Shown here: one piece after another, positions 52,939 through 61,030 of the stretch
Layout: every line of letters starts with the position of its first letter
Numbering within the stretch: the stretch's first letter is position 1
Virus record (IMG/VR): IMGVR_UViG_3300029286_000013
Length of the DNA: 64,000 bases
Strand: one strand, 5' to 3'
Origin: a virus
Translations under genes and position numbers: made by a program
Notes under the pieces: model-generated
Seen by the model: only the letters and a program-made list of their open reading frames with translations
What the model was told of the DNA's origin: nothing
Database searches by the model: none

Positions 52939-54246
52939 ATGATAAAAAAAACATTCCCTATACAAAATGATGCCGCTTGCTTATACAAATGGTCGTGGAG
53001 TACATTATTTTTAAGTAGAGGTACTACATCAAGCTGTCACCGAGGCCGTCATTGGAGATTAACTGAAGATAACTTTATGGATTTTCACAACCATCATGGT
53101 AAACTTGCTGATAGAGAAAAAATGGCTAGCGGGGAATGGCCAGGTAACGGATGTGAATACTGCAGGGATATTGAAAAGACTGGTGGTAAGAGTGATAGAA
53201 CAGGATTTGTTAACGAATCTATCGAATTATTACCGCCCGAGTTTGAAGGATATGTGCAACGTGCATATGAGTTTGAAAATATTCCATTAAAAGTTAGCCC
53301 CACACTACTTGAAGTTTATTTCAACAACGTTTGTAATCAATCATGTGTGTACTGTACCCCGGGTTTTAGTAGTCAGATTGAACAAGAGGTTCGTAAATTT
53401 GGACCTAGCGAGTTTAACGAAGATTATAGTACATGGCGTCCCGATAGTAAGTATGAATTATACAAAGAAAAGTTTTGGGAATGGATGGAAAAGAACAGTG
53501 AGCATGTACAAATCCTACAAGTATTAGGTGGAGAACCGCTGTATCAAAAAGAATTTGAACAATGTTTAGATTTCTTTGACAAGCATCCTAGACCAAATTT
53601 AGTATATCGCTCATTTAGTAATTTAAAACATGATCCTGAAAAGTTTAAAGCAAAGATTCAACGTGTGCAAAACTTAATAGACCAGGGTAAATTAAAGAGC
53701 ATGGAGTTTGTATGTAGTATTGATTGCTGGGGTCCTGAAATTGAATATGTACGTGATGGATTGATATTAACAGAGTGGGAACAAAATATGAATACGTTGT
53801 TAAATGCTCCGGGTGTAGGTGTATTAATACATGCAACGCTTACTGCATTAACATTACCTACATTGCATCAATTGATAGAGAAAACAAATGAATGGCGCAA
53901 AATTAAACCTACTGTTGGTATTAATTGGAATACTGTAGTTAGACCCTCAACATTTAATCCATACAACTTTGGAAAATATCTAGCACACTCTATTGATGCA
54001 CCAATTAAAGCATTAGAAAATTATAGCGATCCTATTGAAAGAGAAAAATTACAAACTCATTTAATGGGTATACAGCAACAACTATTAACTACTCCTGCAA
54101 ACAAGAAGGAAGTTAATGATTTTGCTAACTTCTTAGCTGACATAGACAAACGTAGGAATAGAGACTGGAAAGCAATATTTCCACAGATTGTGGACATAAT
54201 AAATACTATTAACAAAGAGGAGCCAGATTATGTTCAAGTGGATTAA
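52939..54246 (+). CDS. Radical SAM enzyme 14, N-terminal Twitch-like domain (CxxKW subtype)
   Basis: CNQSCVYC, LGGEP; CLYKW..SCHR..CEYC; perfect TATAAATA immediately upstream. Confidence 0.9.
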   Translation: MIKKTFPIQNDAACLYKWSWSTLFLSRGTTSSCHRGRHWRLTEDNFMDFHNHHGKLADREKMASGEWPGNGCEYCRDIEKTGGKSDRTGFVNESIELLPPEFEGYVQRAYEFENIPLKVSPTLLEVYFNNVCNQSCVYCTPGFSSQIEQEVRKFGPSEFNEDYSTWRPDSKYELYKEKFWEWMEKNSEHVQILQVLGGEPLYQKEFEQCLDFFDKHPRPNLVYRSFSNLKHDPEKFKAKIQRVQNLIDQGKLKSMEFVCSIDCWGPEIEYVRDGLILTEWEQNMNTLLNAPGVGVLIHATLTALTLPTLHQLIEKTNEWRKIKPTVGINWNTVVRPSTFNPYNFGKYLAHSIDAPIKALENYSDPIEREKLQTHLMGIQQQLLTTPANKKEVNDFANFLADIDKRRNRDWKAIFPQIVDIINTINKEEPDYVQVD

Positions 54247-54334
54247 AAATTTATATCATACTATTAGAGCAGAAATACGCTATCGCAAGCGTATTAAAGA
54301 ATTACGCAAAAGAGATCCGTTTATTTACAAATGA
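54230..54334 (+). CDS. Small basic 34-aa peptide missing from the ORF track (MFKWIKNLYHTIRAEIRYRKRIKELRKRDPFIYK)
   Basis: GAGGAG SD 7 nt upstream of the ATG, fills the gap between rSAM 14 and the next gene, and its TGA overlaps the next ATG (ATGA). Confidence 0.75.
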   Translation: MFKWIKNLYHTIRAEIRYRKRIKELRKRDPFIYK

Positions 54335-55167
54335 TTCTCGATAGTTTTGCTCAACTTAATTTATTAGATTCCACTGACATTTTAGATGTTAGGTATTTTA
54401 CTGCCAATGAAATAAGAGTACAGTCTATCAAAAAAGATGGAGTGACTATATTTGACTTCTTTAGTATGGATGACCTAAATTATGCTGATAAGTGGCAACA
54501 TCAACCATTTGATTACAAAATGAATTATTTGGGTTTTAGAATGGAAGAAGTTCCCAACGAAGTTGATATAGCAGTATTTGGTTGCAGTTTTACCTTTGGA
54601 TTGGGTCTACCTACTGAAATGTTATGGCATAATTTACTAGCTAAAGAGTTAAATATGTCTTGTGCAAATTTTGGAGTTGCGGGGGCATCTGCTAAAACAA
54701 TTATTGACATATTTTTAATTGTTTCTAAACATATTAAAATTAAAAAGGCAATATTTTTATTACCAACATTTACAAGAATGCAGATAGCAAAACATAATGA
54801 AATATCCAACAGAGTTCAAAATTTATCAGCAATCCCAGGGCATGAATCACAATTATGTGTGTCATATGGAATTGATACGCATGTTCTATTTAAAGCATTA
54901 CCCAATGAAGAACTATACAAAATTGTAAAAAATGAAATATATTTAGCAGAATATGTTGCCAATAACAGGGGCATAGAAACATATTTTGGTGCTTGGGAAG
55001 AAGAATCTGCTAATTTTTTAGAAATTATGAATTTAAAATATGGAACTAAATTGCCACAATGGCACACTCCAGCAGAATGTGTGGGTGATTTAGCAAGGGA
55101 TCAAATGCACCCTGGTCCAAAACATCAGGAATATTGGTTTAATAATATTAAAGATATTATAAAATGA
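54331..55167 (+). CDS. SGNH-like protein (GCS variant)
   Basis: 'YKMNYLGFR...IAVFGCSFTFGLG', 'NFGVAGAS', C-terminal 'ARDQMHPG' (DxxH). Confidence 0.7.
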   Translation: MILDSFAQLNLLDSTDILDVRYFTANEIRVQSIKKDGVTIFDFFSMDDLNYADKWQHQPFDYKMNYLGFRMEEVPNEVDIAVFGCSFTFGLGLPTEMLWHNLLAKELNMSCANFGVAGASAKTIIDIFLIVSKHIKIKKAIFLLPTFTRMQIAKHNEISNRVQNLSAIPGHESQLCVSYGIDTHVLFKALPNEELYKIVKNEIYLAEYVANNRGIETYFGAWEEESANFLEIMNLKYGTKLPQWHTPAECVGDLARDQMHPGPKHQEYWFNNIKDIIK

Positions 55168-56648
55168 ACTATGTAGGTATATCTAGTGGCTTTCATGATG
55201 CCGCACTAACTGTTATAGATGATAATGGCAACATACTGTTTGCCGGACATAGCGAACGTTATAATAAAGAAAAGCACACAAAAGATTTATGCTATGACAT
55301 AGTTAAAGATGCACTATCTTATACAACATCAAGTGATATTGAGATTCATTATTATGAACGTCCTTGGATGAAGTTTCTAAGGCAAGTTCGTTCAGGTGAA
55401 AAGCCTGCATTATCTAATTTGTTTGTTAAAAATATTATTGGTCAAGAATTGATTGATAAATTGCAAGGCGGTAAAGTATATACGCATAACCATCACTTAA
55501 GTCATGCAGCCGCAGGTTTTCAAACAAGTCCCTACGATGATGCTACTGTAGTTGTCATTGACGCTATCGGTGAGTTTGATACTATTAGTATTTACAATGC
55601 ACGGTATGATAAGAACGGTGTAGCACAATACAAAAAACTATGGGGACAAAAGTATCCACATAGTATTGGGTTATTCTATTCAGCAATGACACAGCACGTA
55701 GGCTTACGTCCATTAGATGAAGAATATATTCTTATGGGTATGGCTGCATACGGTAATCCTAAACACACAGATATAATGTCAGGATTAATTACAGACATAG
55801 AGGATATTCGTTTCGCTGAAAATTTACACATAGGAATACCTGATAAATTTTTAATTGATAAAAATGAAATGGATATTGCTAGTTCAACACAAAATGTAGT
55901 AGAAATATTAATTAAATCAGTCATATCAAAAGCAAAAATGTTAGGTGGTAGTAAAAACTTAGTATATGGTGGCGGTGTAGCATTAAACTGTTCGGCAAAT
56001 AGATTATTAGGAGAATATTATGACAACATTTGGATTATTCCTAATCCTGGCGATGCTGGTTCTAGTCTTGGAGCGGCCTGTCTTGGTTATGGTAAACGTG
56101 TTAACTGGACTAACGCTTTTCTCGGTTATGATATTAGTGGGCCTTATCCTACTAATCGCATTCTTGATAGTTTACTTACTGACAAAATTGTGGGAGTCGC
56201 TAGTGGACGAGCAGAGTTTGGGCCAAGGGCCTTGGGAAATAGAAGCTTACTTGCAGACCCAAGAGGAAATGAAATCAAGGACAAAGTAAATGAAATTAAA
56301 CGCAGACAGAAGTTTAGACCCTTTGCTCCAGTCATTCTGGAGGAGTATGCTGATATGTACTTTGATATGCCTCGTGGCTTCAGTAACAGTAGGTATATGC
56401 AAGTCATCGCTCGTTGCAGGCATCCTCAGTTATTTCCTGCTATCGTTCATCATGACGGGACTAGTCGTGTACAAACTGTGCCAAAGGATGGCACTGGAAT
56501 AAGAGAACTGTTAGAGAAATGGTATATATTAACAGGTTGCCCTATGTTATTAAACACATCATTGAACATCAGAGGCGAACCAATGGTTAATAATAGGGAA
56601 GACGCAGATAGATTTGAAAAACTATATAATGTAAAAGTTATATCATAA
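55164..56648 (+). CDS. O-carbamoyltransferase, NodU/CmcH/TobZ family
   Basis: FHDAA, HHLSHAA, GGVALNC, PGDAGSSLGAA, EFGPRALGNRSLLADP, FRPFAP, DGTSRVQTV, LLNTSLN. Confidence 0.93.
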   Translation: MNYVGISSGFHDAALTVIDDNGNILFAGHSERYNKEKHTKDLCYDIVKDALSYTTSSDIEIHYYERPWMKFLRQVRSGEKPALSNLFVKNIIGQELIDKLQGGKVYTHNHHLSHAAAGFQTSPYDDATVVVIDAIGEFDTISIYNARYDKNGVAQYKKLWGQKYPHSIGLFYSAMTQHVGLRPLDEEYILMGMAAYGNPKHTDIMSGLITDIEDIRFAENLHIGIPDKFLIDKNEMDIASSTQNVVEILIKSVISKAKMLGGSKNLVYGGGVALNCSANRLLGEYYDNIWIIPNPGDAGSSLGAACLGYGKRVNWTNAFLGYDISGPYPTNRILDSLLTDKIVGVASGRAEFGPRALGNRSLLADPRGNEIKDKVNEIKRRQKFRPFAPVILEEYADMYFDMPRGFSNSRYMQVIARCRHPQLFPAIVHHDGTSRVQTVPKDGTGIRELLEKWYILTGCPMLLNTSLNIRGEPMVNNREDADRFEKLYNVKVIS

Positions 56649-56658
56649 GTAAGTATCT

Positions 56659-59600
56659 ATGCTAAGAGATGTATTTTATTTCGGAGAAAAACCCAACGTT
56701 CACCCCAGAGAAAGATTTGCAACAGATTTATCTGATGCCAAACATCAATGCACTACTGAACACTTTTGGGTAATCAACGAACACTGCAATTATAAAGATT
56801 TTGATTGGGATTGGGACTTTGATTTCCTTCCTGACGAAGATGTATGGGCTGAAGAACACAATAATGTATGGCCAAGCCCTTACCAGAAAGACAGCGGAAC
56901 TTGGCTTTGTTCAACTAACACAGATGCGGTAACAATATATCGTGCTGATGTTGATCCTATCCCACTCAAAGAAGAAGTAACAACTAATTGGAAAATAATT
57001 GAATATATTGAAAAAGATAAATTTGATTTCAAATGGCACCCAGATCCAAGTGACCCTCCCTATATTTATGTATGGGGCAATAAATGGTATCCCGGTACTA
57101 TCATGCCAACGGTTGAATACCATGTACCGGGTGCTACGGATAAAAAATACATAACAGATACCTTAGCTACATTATTATCAATGCCTCGTTTGTTTAATAT
57201 TATATACGAGCCGGCAAATTTTGATTATACGTGGAGACCGGATCCAACTGCACCTCCCTACATTTATGTATTTGGTAACAGTCAATACCCAGCAAGTGTG
57301 ATGCCAACTATAGAGTACCATGTAGAAGGTGCAACTGAACGTAAGTTTATTGAGAATATTGCGCCTAAGTTGGCAGCTAGACCCGCAGACTTTGAAGCAC
57401 TTGAAGATATAGATCCAACTTCATTTGATATGACATGGGTACCTGATCCAACTGCGCCACCATACATCTATGCTTGGGGTAATCAATGGAATAAACCTGA
57501 ATTCAAAATTAGTGTCATACGTAAAGTAGAAGGTGCCACAGAATACAAGTACATGGAAGAACGTGTCAAGCGTAATCCATGCATGGATAACTGGATCATA
57601 CCTACTAACATGTTCCAGAATAAATTTGATTTTAGTTGGGAACCAGACTTATCAAAATATGATCCTCCATTCATATATCAATTTGGAACACAATGGCAAA
57701 AAACAGGTGGACCAAGATATGTAGTGCCAGGCGCAACGGATATAAAATATATTGATACATTAAAAGCAGAAGTTGTTTGTACAGAATTTGAAAATTGGCA
57801 AGTACCTAAAAATATAGACCAATCTAAATTTGATTTTAGTTGGCATCCTGATTCGACGGAAGAACCATTCATCTATCAATTTCCCGACCAATGGACACGC
57901 ACCGGAGGACCTAGGTATGTTGCCCCGGGCGCAACAGAGATAAAATATATCGATGCACAGATAGCAACAGCTAAACAAGATAAGATGCATTGGACAATAC
58001 CTGAAGGAATTGATACAACTGATTTTGATTTTAGTTGGCATCCTGATATAGACCATGCACCGTTGATATATCAATTTGGTACTCAATGGCAACGAACAGG
58101 TGGACCTAGATTCTATGCAGTAGGATGTACAGAAGATAGCGACATACAATATGTTAATGTGACAAAGGCAAAAGCATTATCAAACAAAGATAACTGGGAA
58201 ACATTAATTCCTGTAAAAGATTTTGATTATAGTTGGCACCCTGATACTACAGAAGAACCATTCATTTATGTGTTTGGTAATCAATGGTTCGATGCTGTTA
58301 CTGAACCTACTGTTATCTATACTGTACCTGGCGCAACACAAAAGAAATATATTAATGATGTGTCTGCTAATGTTGCACCTACTGTAGAAAACTGGGAAAC
58401 ATTAATACCAGTAGATAGTTTTGACTATAGCTGGAGACCACACCCTGATAGCCCACCGTACATATACGTATGGGGCAATCAATGGAACAACTGCTTCATC
58501 GAACCCACAGTATCTTATATTGTGCCAGGGGCAACTGAATACAAGTATATAGAAGATAATGTTGCTATGGTAAAATCTACTGAGAAAGAACCTCAGTGGG
58601 AAATACTGTTGTCTATTTCTAAGTTTGATTTTAGTTGGAGACCCGACCCATTAGAGCCACCCTTCATTTATGTGTTTGGTAACAAGTGGAATGATGCTGA
58701 GACAGAACCTACTGTGATGTATCGTGTTGAAGGTGCAACTGAATACAAATTCTTAGACTCTATCATTGCTACTCCCAAAGTGAATATGACTAACTGGTTA
58801 GTTCGTAATGAATTAGACTTGAAAGCATTTGATTTTTCATGGAGACCTAATCCTAACAAAGATCCTGCACGATATGAATGGGGAACAGACGGACCTGTTT
58901 ATATTGTACCAGACTTTAAGTCAACAATCACATTAGATTATGATGAATCTATAAGAGAAAACGTTGTTGTAGAAATAACCGATGAAGTTATTCAAAAGAT
59001 AATTCACCGTGATATGTTCTTTGTTGATAAGGGCAACAGTGAAAGCAGTTATAGATTTGAAAAATTAAAATTACAATTTCCATCTATTCAGAAAACTAGA
59101 TATTTAAATTCATGGGTGGAAACTATTTCACGCTGTACGTCAAAAAGCACAACTGAACTATTTTGGGTATTGTCTAGTGAATTAGACTATACTGAGTTTA
59201 ACTTTGACTATAACCCTAACCCGTGGCAAAAACGAATGATTCATGTGTTTGGTAGTCAGTGGACTCATTGGGGTAATACATACCTTGTAAACAAGAACAC
59301 ATTTAACGAAGATACCAAATATGTTAAAATCATAGAACATTTAAGTATGCTTAATTTTGTTAAAGATAAGAGAGCCAAAGCAGAAGGCTCATTGTATGAT
59401 GTGATATTAATTAATCATGGAAACAAGTCAAATGTAAATGAAGTTATCAAATCTAAGATTGGTAATAAATCTACAATTACGGTTGACTATAAGCATAGCT
59501 ACCTAAAAACATTCAAAGAGATATTAAAGAAATTAGACACTAGAAAAGAACACTATCTTTGGATATGTTCAAGTATATGTGACTATGAAAATTTTGATTT

Positions 59601-60732
59601 TAGTTATATATGCGATCCATATGCTAGGGAGCAATTACATGTGTTTCCTAGCGATAAACAGAAATTTGGAGACACATTTTTAATTGATGTAAACAAATTT
59701 AAGTCATTGATTGATGACATGATTATGATGGAAGACTATGAAAAGGTCAACTACAATCAACATCAAAGAGTAAAACGCTTACCCGCCCCTATTATTATTA
59801 CGAAAGAAGATACACATGTCACTAATATTCATACTGATTTTGATTGGCCTTATGCTACGTTTGTCACGGAAGATAACAAAGGATTAGATGTACTTGATAG
59901 TGAACCTATTAGTTTGTGGACACCGGACACTAAGAACATACTGATTACGAGTACAGGTGCAACACGAATAATTGTTCCTAAAGAAGCAAAAGATTATATA
60001 GAGAATGAGTTGTATGATTATCCATACATCAGTCGTAGTAAGTCTCTAGCTAAATCTCAACCGCTGGATATAGTCTTCCTAAGTAACGGTGAAACCGGTG
60101 CTGACGAGAACTACGAACACTTACTAAAAGTGACTAAGGGATTAAATAATAGAGTTGTTAGAGTTGATGGTGTTAACGGTCGTGTACAGGCGTATCATGC
60201 GGCAGCGAAAGCAAGTGAAACACCGTGGATGTTTACTGTATTTGCTAAATTAAAAGTCAACAATAAATTTGATTTCTCATGGCAACCTGATAGGCTACAA
60301 GTACCTAAGCATTATATCTTTCACGCTACAAACCCTGTTAATGGATTAGAGTATGGTCACCAAGCTATGATTGCTTATAATAAGAAGATTACACTTGCTA
60401 ACAGTGGAACGGGGCTTGACTTCACACTTGACAATGAACACGAAGTTGTAGAGTTAAATAGTGGTGTAGCAATATATAATACTGATGCTTGGAGTACATG
60501 GCGTACTAGTTTTAGAGAAGCATTGAAGTTAAGAGCCGATGATAGCCAAGCAAGTAAAGATAGACTTGAAGCATGGTTAAATATCGGTGAAGGAGACTTT
60601 GCCCAATATAGTTGCGAAGGTGCTCAACATGCTGTAGAATACTATGAATCAGTCAACGGTGAGTTAGACAAATTACGTTTAAGTTATGATTGGCCTTGGT
60701 TACAAGAGTATTTTAATACTAAATACAATTGA
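56659..60732 (+). CDS. 1357-aa repeat protein composed of degenerate GT-A-like domains and ~10 tandem ~66-aa repeats
   Basis: C-terminal domain (LDIVFLSNGE..RVDGVNGRVQAYHAAA..LEYGH..TWRTSFREALK) is clearly homologous to 32952..33905; internal FDFSWxPD...PYIYxFGxQW...GATExKY repeats. Confidence 0.7.
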   Translation: MLRDVFYFGEKPNVHPRERFATDLSDAKHQCTTEHFWVINEHCNYKDFDWDWDFDFLPDEDVWAEEHNNVWPSPYQKDSGTWLCSTNTDAVTIYRADVDPIPLKEEVTTNWKIIEYIEKDKFDFKWHPDPSDPPYIYVWGNKWYPGTIMPTVEYHVPGATDKKYITDTLATLLSMPRLFNIIYEPANFDYTWRPDPTAPPYIYVFGNSQYPASVMPTIEYHVEGATERKFIENIAPKLAARPADFEALEDIDPTSFDMTWVPDPTAPPYIYAWGNQWNKPEFKISVIRKVEGATEYKYMEERVKRNPCMDNWIIPTNMFQNKFDFSWEPDLSKYDPPFIYQFGTQWQKTGGPRYVVPGATDIKYIDTLKAEVVCTEFENWQVPKNIDQSKFDFSWHPDSTEEPFIYQFPDQWTRTGGPRYVAPGATEIKYIDAQIATAKQDKMHWTIPEGIDTTDFDFSWHPDIDHAPLIYQFGTQWQRTGGPRFYAVGCTEDSDIQYVNVTKAKALSNKDNWETLIPVKDFDYSWHPDTTEEPFIYVFGNQWFDAVTEPTVIYTVPGATQKKYINDVSANVAPTVENWETLIPVDSFDYSWRPHPDSPPYIYVWGNQWNNCFIEPTVSYIVPGATEYKYIEDNVAMVKSTEKEPQWEILLSISKFDFSWRPDPLEPPFIYVFGNKWNDAETEPTVMYRVEGATEYKFLDSIIATPKVNMTNWLVRNELDLKAFDFSWRPNPNKDPARYEWGTDGPVYIVPDFKSTITLDYDESIRENVVVEITDEVIQKIIHRDMFFVDKGNSESSYRFEKLKLQFPSIQKTRYLNSWVETISRCTSKSTTELFWVLSSELDYTEFNFDYNPNPWQKRMIHVFGSQWTHWGNTYLVNKNTFNEDTKYVKIIEHLSMLNFVKDKRAKAEGSLYDVILINHGNKSNVNEVIKSKIGNKSTITVDYKHSYLKTFKEILKKLDTRKEHYLWICSSICDYENFDFSYICDPYAREQLHVFPSDKQKFGDTFLIDVNKFKSLIDDMIMMEDYEKVNYNQHQRVKRLPAPIIITKEDTHVTNIHTDFDWPYATFVTEDNKGLDVLDSEPISLWTPDTKNILITSTGATRIIVPKEAKDYIENELYDYPYISRSKSLAKSQPLDIVFLSNGETGADENYEHLLKVTKGLNNRVVRVDGVNGRVQAYHAAAKASETPWMFTVFAKLKVNNKFDFSWQPDRLQVPKHYIFHATNPVNGLEYGHQAMIAYNKKITLANSGTGLDFTLDNEHEVVELNSGVAIYNTDAWSTWRTSFREALKLRADDSQASKDRLEAWLNIGEGDFAQYSCEGAQHAVEYYESVNGELDKLRLSYDWPWLQEYFNTKYN
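57022..58917 (+). repeat. Nine full and one partial tandem protein repeats, FD(F/Y)SW(H/R)PDxxxxP(F/Y)IYx(F/W)GxQW...(P/E)GATxxKY
   Basis: Directly visible in the translation of 56659..60732. Confidence 0.85.
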
Positions 60733-60734
60733 AG

Positions 60735-61030
60735 TTATTGCTGTATGAAACGATGTAAAATAAGTTCAAGACGCCGGGGCAGTGCCGGCCATCTCCACCT
60801 AAGTGTATGTTGTGTATTTAGGTGGGGATGACACAGGATCGATTGGGCAAAGAGTAACAGAGTGGACAGCTCGGCAAAGCAGAAGCCGTTAGGATTGGGG
60901 TGACCCGGTCGAAGAAGCAAAAACCATAAATGCAAACGATAGCGTTTATTCTTTAGCCGCGTGAGGTTAAGGTGCAGTAGGACTTACTGTATTAAATAAA
61001 AAACCACAATAGGAGCTTCGGCTCCTATTT
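60735..61030 (+). ncRNA. ssrA: Circularly permuted (two-piece) tmRNA; tag peptide (A)ANDSVYSLAA
   Basis: T-arm GCCGG-GGCAGTG-CCGGC (60773-60789) and acceptor 3' strand CATCTCC-A-CC (60790-60799) precede the 5' strand GGGGATG (60824-60830). They form a 7-bp stem with G3.U. Tag reading frame GCA..GCG TGA at 60932-60964 follows ATAAAT. Outer boundaries approximate. Confidence 0.92.
61008..61030. terminator. Hairpin between the convergent tmRNA and endonuclease genes (likely bidirectional terminator or processing site)
   Basis: AATAGGAGC-TTCG-GCTCCTATT, a perfect 9-bp stem with a cUUCGg tetraloop. Confidence 0.75.

Noticed and set aside
33905-54246. Assigning the rSAMs to known functions (MoaA, QueE, NrdG, PqqE, anSME, viperin)
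   Set aside because: Domain order, length and neighbours do not match, and no cognate pathway genes are present, so no gene symbols are given.
16075-54246. Match between ~14 beta-domain repeats and 14 rSAM genes
   Set aside because: The repeat count is approximate and no mechanism links the two numbers; treated as coincidence.
691-58859. Numerous short minus-strand and alternate-frame ORFs in the track (e.g. 3324..4070, 2715..3152, 49516..49977)
   Set aside because: All lie inside long, motif-bearing plus-strand genes and have no recognisable motifs; they are shadow ORFs.
57022-58917. CRISPR array or DGR-like DNA repeats
   Set aside because: The repeats are in-frame, diverged at synonymous positions and conserved at the protein level. 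There is no repeat-spacer pattern and no reverse transcriptase or cas gene in the window.
30767-60732. DNA hypermodification as the main explanation of the cluster
   Set aside because: Downgraded, not excluded: no nucleotide kinases, thymidylate-synthase-like or hydroxymethylase genes are recognisable here, and the cluster is linked to structural genes and late-type promoters.
60770-60800. Possible tRNA gene
   Set aside because: Only a T-arm and acceptor 3' strand are present; the 5' strand is downstream and there is no anticodon arm, so it is part of the permuted tmRNA.
60735-60935. 66-aa minus-strand ORF
   Set aside because: It is antisense to the tmRNA, which explains the sequence fully.
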